A stretch of DNA of 64,000 nucleotides from Bugula neritina. Lineage: Eukaryota; Animalia; Bryozoa. The notes under the pieces are model-generated. The model made no database searches. It was given only the letters and a program-made list of their open reading frames with translations, and was not told where the DNA came from. Location: positions 23,745,504-23,809,503 of the forward strand of contig OZ037765.1 of NCBI GenBank assembly GCA_964035545.1, in the 5' to 3' direction. Positions 38,879-50,312 of the stretch are shown here, one piece after another (the stretch's first letter is position 1; each line of letters opens with the position of its first letter). The position numbers and the translations under genes were made by a program.

Positions 38879-40580
38879 AGTCTACGTTATTTATCATAGT
38901 TGTAATTTGTAAGTTGGCATCATTCTGGTTATGTTTTAATTTTTACCAAACTATCAGCCATTACTTCTGTGAACAATTCACTGGTGCATCATGCTGATAC
39001 TGTGTAATCTTACCTTAATTACAAGTAAAACAGCTCTTGACAGCAATTCGCATTTACTGCGTACATAAAGAATTGATTGGTAGTAGACTGAAGTTGTCAG
39101 CTTGATTTGAGAAGATTTATTTTTGTGGCGATAGCCTTGTAGGTAGTTTGTAGTAAGTGGACGTTATAAGTCTGCTCAATTGATGTTTTGCTATTCTGAT
39201 TGAATATAACTGTCATCCAAATTATTGTTTCTCATTTACATTGCATCCAGTGATATTCTGTAGATCAAAAGTGCATTAATTGATTTATATTTTTTGTATT
39301 TTATTCTGTAAAATTTTAAATCTTTCAATAAATTGTCATACTGCTGCTAAGAATATATATGGAATTCTTATAAATATATCAACTGCATATAAATGTAAAG
39401 TAATTATAAATGTATGACTGGTTGAGGCTTTCAAGTTTCATACCAATAATCAGTGATTCAGTTAAGTGTCTTGGGCCATTAGTTATAGCACAGTGAAAAG
39501 GTTTTAAGTACTAATATTAACACAGTTTTTAATCAACATCTACTTCTCATTTACATAGTGGAAATAGTCAACATTACCCAGCTATAACTTCTTGCATGGA
39601 GAATTGCTGAAGCTGAGAGTTATCACCCTGACTGAAAGTAATACAGAAGAAAGTAGGCATGCATTATACTGCTTCTAGGTAATCTCAAAATATGGTCATG
39701 CAAAGGCTATGCAGGAGGGCAGTATTTGTCATTAGACATTTTTTAAAAAACACATCGATTGGAAAAATATGAATTGTAAAAATAAGTGAAGGCTTCAGCC
39801 AGCTCATCAGAAAAATGCACTGAAGGCTTATACTGCATGAATTCAGAAGAAGCTAATATGTCAATGAGATTTGGGGAATAATTCAACTGTTTCCTTGAAT
39901 TTCTGGAAGAATGGTTGATTGTACATCATAACCCTCCCCATGCAAATTATGAATATTAATAAATTTCAGCATATAACTGTGTACATATAAATTATAACAC
40001 AATACAACTTAATGCACTGTATTGGTGTTGGGTTGGTTGTATTGATATACACCCTATTGGAATTATAGTCTTTCATCAACATTTATTTATAAAGAAACAT
40101 AAATATTCAAGTGTACAGCATGGAAATAGTAAGATGATTTTATCATCTACATGCAAATCATAATGTGTGTGTGCCTATGTGTATATAATAGTATAATTTA
40201 TGTCCACATCTTCATTTGGGGAAGTATCCCTTAAATTTGGCTCACACAGGCTTGCATTATATCCAAAGTTGCTACTATTATTCACAATATAGAACCATAC
40301 ATAGTATGTAAAATGTAAGCAAAGCATTTTACTACATTGCACAACCATTGCGAATAAACACTTTAATAATTGTTTCAGTAGCTTTGTGCACATTTCCACA
40401 CCGAACTAGGCACAAATGAAAACACGTCTTTATTTTTTGGAAGCTCTTGACAACACTTTATATAAAGTTTTAATATCTGAAGAATAAATTTCAAACAAAA
40501 CCATGAAAAAAAATGACTAGAAAATTCCCCATTAATTCGTTGCTTTTCAACTTCTTTCAGATTCCAATAATTTCTTCAAC

Positions 40581-43500
40581 TCATTTTCCTGTAACAAATA
40601 GAAAATTATAAAAAAATGTGGTAAATAATGATAATATTTCCAGTTAACACATGATAAGCCTTTACAATTATAGCCTGATGTGATGCATGAACATTTTAGC
40701 AATTTCAACTATTTTTTTCTTTTGTTTTCACAACTAAATCAATCCTGAAAAGAGTTATGCAAAACCAAAAATAACATTAAGCATGTCAAGCATTTCAATT
40801 ATAATGAAGTAACAAACATTTGACAGCAGTATTATGATTGTCAACAGAAGTATCGTTCTAAGTACAGTTCATTTCAAATGTACCACTTGCAAGTAACTTG
40901 AACAAAAACTTCAATTGATTTAAAAATGTGTTCACCATAAATTATAGAGCAAGCAACTGTTATCACAAGAAATTCTGTATAGAAACTTGCGTCTACATTA
41001 CTTCAACTTGCAAGAGATGAGACGAGAATAATACTTTTTAGTATTCTTCATAAATATTTTAATGTGGCAAAGTCAACAGTAGAAAAGAAGAGAAAAGCTT
41101 GAAAAACTAAAATTATTTTGTTCACTTTTACAATAGATTCAATTCAATACTGAATTTCTGAGAGTATATTTGGTAGAGAATTATGGCCATTGATAAATGA
41201 TTAACCATCTCCAACTGTTCAATAAATAAGGTTCAAATTAAAATATCTTTTTTTAGTTATTCCTTTTTGAGGTAAAAACAAATTTTTAAAGGAGTAAAGA
41301 GATTTTTAAACTATCCTAAACCATATTCATGAAGCGTTTTCAAAACAATCAGTAGAAAAAAAACGTTTCTTTACATCACTGCACTTGAGAGTTTTCAGCC
41401 TTGAATTCTCAACTATTCAACTACCTTAATGAAGAAGTTGACAAAAATCCAGCAACTCGACAAATGAACTCACAGAGGTATACACTATATGCAGTCGATT
41501 ATTATTGAATTACAAGGAAGTAGCAGAATTAGTCTAAGGCCTCACTAAACAGTCTTTTAGTGAATTTTTTCAAGCAATTTTGTAAAACTAATAAAAAAAA
41601 GTTAAACATTATACCTGATGATTTATACCACTTGGGCATTGAGCTGCGTCCAGCAGATGTGGAACCTTGCGCGTTACTTGAGCTACTTTGGCTTATCTGA
41701 GGTGCAACTGGAATGATGGGTCGAGGTTGGGGATAAGACACAACTCGCTCAGGTAGACTAGTGAAAGTAAACGGTGACACTAGTCAATAGAAAATATCTT
41801 TACTCATCAAACATGAAGTATAAACTAATAGTAAGTCTAAAACTGTGTAAATCAGTGGTCATATAGAGTATATTACTATACCAAGAGGCAATAAAATACT
41901 GCAAAATTTTATATAGTGGTCATCTTTACAAGGACTAATCTAAAATCTCACAGCTCTTTTGTTAAATTACAAGTTCTCAGAAACCAAAATCTCTAAAACA
42001 ATAAAAAACAGTTTAGAAAAATTAAATATAATACAATACCTTTGCTTAGCACTCTCATCAGCTACATGCCTCGACTGTATATTATCCAGTATTTCATTGG
42101 TTAGAACACTTCCATCTGCAATAATCGTCAAATTCAATTAATACAACTATTTTGAAATACAACTATTTGAAATGAAAAAACAGATCTTTAGATATAAGAG
42201 TATAAACTACAACTTCGAATATACATAATAATATACCATGTAAAATTTATAGTTATATAGAACTGCTGTCAACATCTTGAAGATTAAATAGCAATATACT
42301 ATTAGCAAAGATTACTTTAAAATTTTGAAAGCTTAAATATACAGTTATATAGGGGAGTAAATATGCAGTGGTCACTCACCAACAGCACCTGAAAAGCCAA
42401 CATGTACTATGGCCATGGGAATTAGATTGGCAGCTATCAATGTCACAGCCATGTCATCAAGCACCTTTTTAGGTGGTGTAGTGTCTGCAAAATCAATAAG
42501 CTAGTTTACCAGTATGTGGTCTAGGGGTTAGAGCGTTTGCCTAGGAAGCAGAAAATCATGGGTTCCAGCCCACACAAAGTTCATAGGTGATGTTAGGAAG
42601 AGCATCCAGTCATAATTGCTCCTGTGCCCCATCTGAATAAGTTCTTAGCCCGATTTAAGAAAAACCCCATCAGGAGTTTCTCACAGGGATGGCGACTATA
42701 AACTTGCGTGAGTGAGTTTATATGTAAATGTATAATATATTATATACGTGATACAGAATCGTCCCTACATATCAGTTACATAAATGTACTTACAGAGATG
42801 AAATGGAGTAGATTCATCTTTGAGTTGATTCTTAACAAACTTGGAGAGAGAATAAACTAGAAACATATTGTGAATACTGGTATATATATTTTAATGCAAA
42901 GACCGCAAATCAAGTTCAATGATTCTTTTTAACCACATTTTATATTATATTTTTAAAACTTTGGAAATACATATCAAAAATGGTCTCAGACTCTATGCTA
43001 TGTGTGTACCACTAGAATGGCATTTGACCATACCATGACTGAATAGTTACAATAAAAGTTGATAAATACAATAAACAATGAAAAAATTCTTATTTTCTAA
43101 AGTGCTACCTTCAAAAGTGTATTGTCCAAAAATATCCTAAGGCACTTTCATTCCTATCGTAGGTTGAAGATGATAAATTTCCTAAACTCTGTAAGAAGCC
43201 ATTAAGGAACTAACCAGTTTCATATGGTTTGAATTTGGCTTGTACAACTACCCTGTGAGGGAAATGGAACCTTATCATCGAGAATTGATATTTTGAATAT
43301 TTGCTCTCCAGTTGAGCTTGCCTCATAGATGATGTAAGCAACGGGGCATTCTCATCTTTTAGCCTGTAATTACAATGTGGAGTAGAAGTATGCAACTTTA
43401 TAACAAATATCTGTGCCTCGAGAAAATGGCTATAAATCCAAAAATGTAACTTTGAAAAACAAAATTTCATTGCAATAAAAAATTATTTTTTCTTGATTAG

Positions 43501-46500
43501 GAAGAAAATAATAATTACATTGCTATTATTATGTTCATTTGTTTATCACTATTGATATTATTAACATCGTATTCAGTGACACAACACCAAATAACAAAAC
43601 ATCAAAAGGCCCTGCACTAAAACTAAAATTTATACTTTTATTTTATTTGCTCACTCAATTTCAACACCAACTCAGCCCTGCTTAAATACATTTACTAAGT
43701 TGTTTGCTGTGCATGCAGAAAATGGGCAAGTACACGCTACAGACCGCACTGCAAAAATAAATAATATTGAATACATAATTATTTAAAATAATAAATACAA
43801 CACTGACACAATACATACACTTGTTGCCGTAGATCATGAATCATTATTTGCAAATCATTTTTGGTTACTTCATAAAAATCTTCTGATAAATCTGCAAGTA
43901 ATTTGTGAGAAGTTCATTTGACTGAAAATATCATGCAAATATAAATATAACATGTCATATGCACATTGATATGATAGTAAGAAATATTAACTAAAACGAG
44001 ATTATGAACTCGACAATTAATGAGTATAGATACCATAATAAATAATAGAATGATTGTCAAATCTATAAGCAATACCAGTTTCATCAATTGTAGCCTTGTA
44101 AGAGTGCTGCATTTTAAAAGCATAATACTCTTGGAATACTAGAATAATCATTATCACATATTAAATTTATCTCACACTTCAATTGAAAAACTGTCTGTTT
44201 AGATGTTCAAAATACATATATATTATAAATACGCTGTAAAAATACATTACAATTTAAATGTAATGATGTTGAAGTTTTTTATAACAAATTTCAATTATTA
44301 TCTATACATTCAACTGTAGTTAACGAGTTGCAAATTCATACATCTGCTATCCTTCATAGCTCCGCTACAAAATACCTTTTAAACTCAAAAGCTAATGAAA
44401 CATTCTATTGTAAAATTTAATGCTTGGGGAGTTGATCTCTACAGAAATTATTGTGCTGTCTGGTGAGATAACTCTTCACACTCTCCAAATACCTCTTCTA
44501 CTGATATATACACCCTTGCGAACATTCAAGAAAAGTTCTACTACAAAGTCACCTTCTTTAGCACCACTTTGGGTGGCAGATATTTCGTCCAGACTAAAGA
44601 CAATGGTTTCTCTGTCACAAGGGACATAGTTTAGATGCGTCTGACTGTCACTCATCTCATTGTGGTACAGGTCTCTGCCTGCTGTCTCCTCAGGAAACTT
44701 CAACAGATACGAGACTTTATATGAACATACAACCACCATATAATTTAAAAGTATACATCATATTATAATGATTATGAAACTTATACTAGGTTGTATTTAA
44801 AAGCTCCAGTGCACATTATGAAACACTTGCAAATTGTACAGTATACCTTTAAAACAGCATTTCAAAAAATTCCGCAAATGATTTTGCAATAAAGGCTTTT
44901 ATTTATTAAACGAAATTAGTAATGTTTCCTATTAACTTTACGAGTAGTGTTCAGCATTTACCTGTACTTATGTTGCATTGAAGAGTTTTGAACTGCCTAT
45001 TAAACTGCTTACATAGATATGGCAATTTTTCCTTTGAATTTTAAACTCCAAACATTGATTACTTGAAAGCAGGTGGCTACTGTCTAATTAGCGTTTCATT
45101 CTATTAAAATCTGATATACATATCTTGTATGTAAAGCAGACAGTAACGGCAACTGACCTTAAACTCAACAGCAGGTGAAACAGTGGCAGTTCTGGGTATT
45201 TTTGGTTTCACCGCTGACTAAAAGAAAATAAATGAAAAGTGGTTAATGAATTATTGAAAGCGTGAATTTCATCATTATAAATTATAACATATGAAAACTC
45301 AATTAGCGATATATTCACCATTGAACTATCCACCACACTGGCACTTCTGTCTTCATTTTCTACATTCGTAGCTGAAGTGTGTCCAGAACTACTTCTTTTA
45401 GTTTCTGACTTCTCACCTGTTGGGTTACAGAATTGAGAAGTAGTACTCAGCAGTATAGCATTCAATTTCTATAAGACTTTTTACTCTGTTAAAAAAGTAC
45501 TATGGGAAGAAGCTACTAGGGTGCAGCCATGAGCTAATGGGTTAGAGCGCCGGTTTAGTGAACAGAAAATTAGTGGTTTAATTCCTAGTAAAGGCCATTG
45601 GTGATGTTAAGAGGAGCATCCAGTCATAATTGCTCCTGTGCCACATATGAAAATTTCTTTAGTCCGCTTCTTTCCATAAATAGGGTTTATACAGGGATGG
45701 CGACTATAAACCCAAGTGAGTTAAAGACAGTACTATACATACCAGTAGGTGGAGGTGTTTCTGTCGTGTGTATGAGCTGACTTTCTGAGGGCTTTTCTGC
45801 TGACATCTGAGGATTCCTTGAATTACTTTCTGACTGTTCAACACTTTTCGATTCACAATCCTATCAACATCATGAACTCAAAGGTGTATGATACAGTGGT
45901 TATGGCGGTCACAAATTTAATAAAAAATACAAGGCTTTGTAACTCGAAGTTCAAACTGCATGCAAAACAGGTAAACGCAATTGATACAAGAACACATTAT
46001 AAATTTGAAATACAATCACACTACACCCTTAACTATTTTTCATGCACTCAGTTGTCTTGTTCCAAGAAAGATTATATTCTTGATTTTACAGTTATATTAC
46101 AAATAAAAGTTACTTTCGATGACTGGTGTACAGGTATGTGATCTGTAATGGTTTCCTTGGAACTTTCACTGTTGGTCATAGCAGCAGCAGAGGCAGCATA
46201 TTTCTCTTTTTTTACCATAGCTTGTTGTAGCTGCAAACTCATTTGATCTAATGTAGCCTGTTCAACATGGCGATATATCAACCTACAAATATTCCACCAC
46301 GCAGCCATTAACATATAATTGTATAGAAGAAAATAGCATCTAGAATCTAGGTGCTAATAATAGAGCAATGCTTTACATACATAAATTACCTCAAAGCTAC
46401 TCTACCAGATACCAATCCTATAGCATGCAGAGTTGTGTGCTCTAACATAGTTAATCCAATGATCTCTTCTCTCATGTTAACAATCACTGGGCACAGATCT

Positions 46501-47627
46501 GTGTTAGATGTCATGTGTAATAGGTCTCTGAAATGAGAGTTTACAGTCACATGAGCATAGTTATAGAAACATTCTGATAAACCAAATATGTGCTGCTAGA
46601 ATTAATTTATCATTTCAAATCATAAATATGAAATAAGTTTTTAAAAAAACATTAAATGAATAAACCTACTCATTGGGTTTTTGAAATTCTTTAATCATTT
46701 CAAGCAAGGAGCAGTCGGAATTGAATGATTTCTGTCGTCGTTCTCCTGAATCAAGTTGTAAGGCGATTGTGACTTGCATTTGAGAGCTTCTGGGAGTCTC
46801 ACGCTCCACCTAGATATTATATGTCTAATTAGTTTATACTTCACCATTCTCTACTATTACTATTGTGACAGAATTGAGAAATAAGGCGTCTTATAAATTT
46901 TGACAATTAGGTTTGATTTAAAATGGGCTTATTCTCCTAACAATAAATTTCTTATTAAATACTGTCATATATGTAACATCACAATATATTACATATATGT
47001 TAAATCTATTGTATTGTATAACATACCAATTCCAGTTTTCCATTATTTGGGATGCCTGAGAATCGATAAGCTGTGTTGATTTCTAAGGTATTTCGCCCAT
47101 GTCTGCAGAATGTAATGTTATTATCATAAACTTTCGAAATACGAATGACTGTCAATTCATGCATTAGTAATAACATTTAAAATTAATAAAATAGAGTCTT
47201 ACTTTAAATCATGCTTTGCAGCATCAAATCCTCTTTTAACACAAACTTCCTCTATAATCTAAAAATAGTTACTCATCTAAGAATGTTAATGAGAAAATCA
47301 TCCATCGAGTTGCAATCAGTTTTCAGAATTGAAAGGCTATTAAAGTCCGCTCTATCTAAAGTACTCGATGGATAACTACACTTGTTGGTAAAGCACAAAT
47401 GATATAAAAGTGCTTTGATTTAGCTTTTATTATAATTTAGAAATTGAAAATTAAAAAAAATTCTAATTACTCCTCAAAATCCACCAGACTTAATTTTAGA
47501 TTTAAATTAAATTATAAAAGCATAATCATAAAGAGTGATAAATAAATCTTACCTGCAGTATTGTTTTGTTAGGAGTAACTTTAACCACTTGACGCCTACC
47601 GTTAGGGCATAATATGTTTACAGACAT
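40581..47627 (-). CDS. ASPSCR1: Tether containing UBX domain for GLUT4 (ASPL/TUG), ~563 aa, 17 exons
   Basis: Exons 47627-47553, 47258-47203, 47102-47027, 46809-46670, 46527-46390, 46282-46114, 45860-45743, 45416-45319, 45217-45158, 44697-44553, 43891-43819, 43363-43215, 42856-42794, 42484-42380, 42115-42040, 41757-41615 and 40588-40581. UBL1 ILCPNGRRQVVKVTPN; DFYEVT..DL lariat; UBX IRFHFPHRVVVQAKFKPYET..FHLYTTPPK; C-terminal PKWYK. Confidence 0.93.
42509..42716 (+). mobile_element. tRNA-derived SINE, copy 1
   Basis: A-box TGGTCTAGGGG and B-box GGTTCCAGCCC. Shares GAGCATCCAGTCATAATTGCTCCTGTGCC and ACAGGGATGGCGACTATAAAC with copy 2. Confidence 0.8.
45519..45722 (+). mobile_element. tRNA-derived SINE, copy 2
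   Basis: GAGCTAATGGGTTAGAGCG .. GGTTTAATTCC (decayed A/B boxes) and the same two exact blocks as copy 1. Confidence 0.8.
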
Positions 47628-47979
47628 TGTGGTTTCTCTAACACTATTGAAATAAAATTATTTCAACAGCTAAAATAATAGCTTTATAAAACGAATAAAA
47701 TGATAATGAAAATAATGTTGAAAGCAATACATGTTTTTCGACATCTTATTACAGTTGTAGTCATCTGTTTATGTGTTTATCAGTATTACCCCCTGCTATT
47801 ATAGTTATTGTTGTACTGCATTATGATATATATCTATTCCCAAAATTGAGTTCAAGCTATGTCGAGTCAACACTGAGTCAATTCAACTTCAACAAATAAT
47901 TTACAAAGCTTACTTCAAGTCCTTACAAGTTCGTGAGTCTTGTTGAACCAAGATCTTACTAAAATCAAGACACATATTG

Positions 47980-48760
47980 ATATTAGTAATAGTATTACAT
48001 TTACTATCACACCCACCGACACTCACACTGTAAGTATCTGCACCAGTATGACTATTATAAATATCATGAGTATGAATTTTAGTCTATAATCACCATCATG
48101 ATCACTTGTATTTAATTTGTAATACTATTAGTATTACTATAGCAATAGTAATACTAATACCATTACTCATTAGTAATAGTAATACTAATACTAATAGTAA
48201 TATTAATATTATTATAATTATATAAAACTAAATGCCAAGTCTAATACTTATAGAGTTATACTTATAGTTACTAACGGATAATCAAATTGGTAGTTCTATA
48301 AGTATAAAGAATAAAGAATATATTGTAACTTAACTTAACTTTAAGTAACTTAGGCTAAACTATAAGTATAATTAATAATATTGATAATTATATGAAGCTG
48401 AGCGGACAATTTGAATTTCAATTTGAAGATGTGATACTATAACTATAAGTATAAATTAAAATATAATGATAATCATAATGATAAGTCTAAATTCAAGACA
48501 AAGTTACATTTAGTTTTACGATTACAATACTGATAGTGATACAAGTACAACTTCAACTTACAAACGTTTTTTAAACCTAGTCTTCAGTCATCAAATCGCA
48601 TAATAAGTCAAGACAGATAACACTGACCAGTCATACTTATAGCAAATGTTATACTTCAAAATAGAGTTTTAAGTTTATCATTATTCATGATGACAATCAT
48701 AATGATAATTATAATATTATTCATAATCATAATTATCAATAAGAATATCAATGTTATGCT
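47980..48760. repeat. Promoter-flanking 3/6-periodic low-complexity tract (upstream of ASPSCR1)
   Basis: AATACTATTAGTATTACTAT, AGTAATAGTAATACTAATACTAAT, and several TAACTATAAGTATAA copies or variants. Confidence 0.75.
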
Positions 48761-48946
48761 AAATTTAGAAGAAAATAATTGACCTTGATACACGCACATA
48801 TAGTTCTAGTCCTAAATACTGGCGTAGATACAATACGAAACGTCAAATATTATACTCAATGAACTCAATAATTATTCCAGCACAGTGATTATACTGAATA
48901 AATAACTCATTATGAATGGATTATTTTTTGGTTAACTTCTAGAATG

Positions 48947-49090
48947 TCGCCAGAAGCAGCACCAATTTGAAAGTGACTGCGTACAGTAGTTGCATACGCG
49001 TAGTTGTCCGAACTCTAAACCCCGTATCCATACTCAAGACCTCAAAACTGCTGCACTCGATCGCCTCTGAGTTGGTGCTGCTTCAAGCGA
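48947..49090. mobile_element. Small MITE-like element with ~30-bp imperfect TIRs
   Basis: TCGCCAGAAGCAGCACCAATTTGAAAGTGA vs the reverse complement of the right end TCGCTTGAAGCAGCACCAACTCAGAGGCGA. No clear TSD. Confidence 0.55.
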
Positions 49091-49348
49091 TTTTGTAATT
49101 ATTCACTTCCAACTTTCCGCAGCAACTGGCTGCTTCCTAACACTGGGGAGTTGAGAGCGACAAATAATTATAAGAATCGCAATGATCAAAATAATTGATT
49201 GATGATCGTAAGTTTAATTAAAAATATGTTTTAAAGCTATAAAGAAAACTTGTTTTATAAGGATAAACTGTCAAGTGTTGTACTCTGGGCCCGTAGCCGT
49301 ACTCGTAGACCCAGGCTTACTTTTACTTTTAAACAAACTGAAACACTA

Positions 49349-49469
49349 ACACTAACAGTAAGTGTAACACTAACACTTACACTTAGTCTTAGAGTTACTG
49401 TTACTGACTGTTGGTGTTACACTTACTGTTAGTGTAACACCAACAGTCAGTAACAGTAACTCTAAGACT
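49349..49469. repeat. Perfect 39-bp hairpin plus overlapping inverted copy
   Basis: Arms 49385-49423 and 49431-49469 are perfect (7-nt loop). 49349-49370 is the reverse complement of 49414-49435. Confidence 0.93.
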
Positions 49470-50118
49470 TATAAATTATACTTATAGTTATAGGTATACT
49501 TGGAGTTAATGTTATTTTATTTTTAATATGATTATCACTATGACTATGAGTTAATATAAATATAAATTATATTATAAATATTTGATAAATTAAAATATAA
49601 TGAAGCAAAAAAGCTATGGTGCCACTAATTATTAAATAGTAGAGTTAAGTTTTTGCCTTCAAATTTATGAGTTAAATAAAAAAATCTTGCAAATTAACAA
49701 AAATTAAACTTGATTGACATTTGATTGGTTGACCTTAGGTGTTTTTCAACACTCAGATTGATATATGCTGTGCCTTAGTTACAATACACTCACTGCAATA
49801 GGAAAACATGTAGTTGAGTTAATTCAGTTTCATGTTAAAAAGATAATCTATATATTATATTGCTTTTAGTTGATACTCTAAACACCCAATGCAGATATCT
49901 AAAAGGTGTGAAAAGCTGTAGCATAGCTGAGTTTATTATTTAAGCAGAACTAAAATTTATGCTATTATATATCAACTATTTCATTTATGCATGAAATGCT
50001 TAGGATTCAGGCAGCCAAGTTTAGTTTAAGTTAAATAAACTCTCATGTATTTCATGTTAAGTGAATTTCAGAACAAATTTGATTTGTCCACTCTCAGTTA
50101 AAAAGTTTCATAATTCCG

Positions 50119-50177
50119 TATAAAAGCAGCTTTATTGTATCTGTTTAGAATTCTTAAACTTTGAAGAAATTAACAAT
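50119..50177 (+). promoter_or_regulatory. TATA box and short non-coding first exon of the P450 gene
   Basis: TATAAAAG at 50119-50126, GTAAGT donor at 50178, acceptor TTCATTTTAG ending at 50290, 22 nt before the ATG. Confidence 0.55.
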
Positions 50178-50312
50178 GTAAGTGTTTAAACTAGCCCTTA
50201 ACTTTGACATAGAAATAACTAACTAAAACTTTAAACTGATCAGTTTTTAGGTGTACAATAAGAATAGCCAATATTTTGTATTCATTTTAGTGAACAGGTC
50301 TACATCCAAGCT

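Noticed and set aside
42509-42575. tRNA gene
   Set aside because: A/B boxes are present but there is no clean cloverleaf, and it continues into a shared SINE body.
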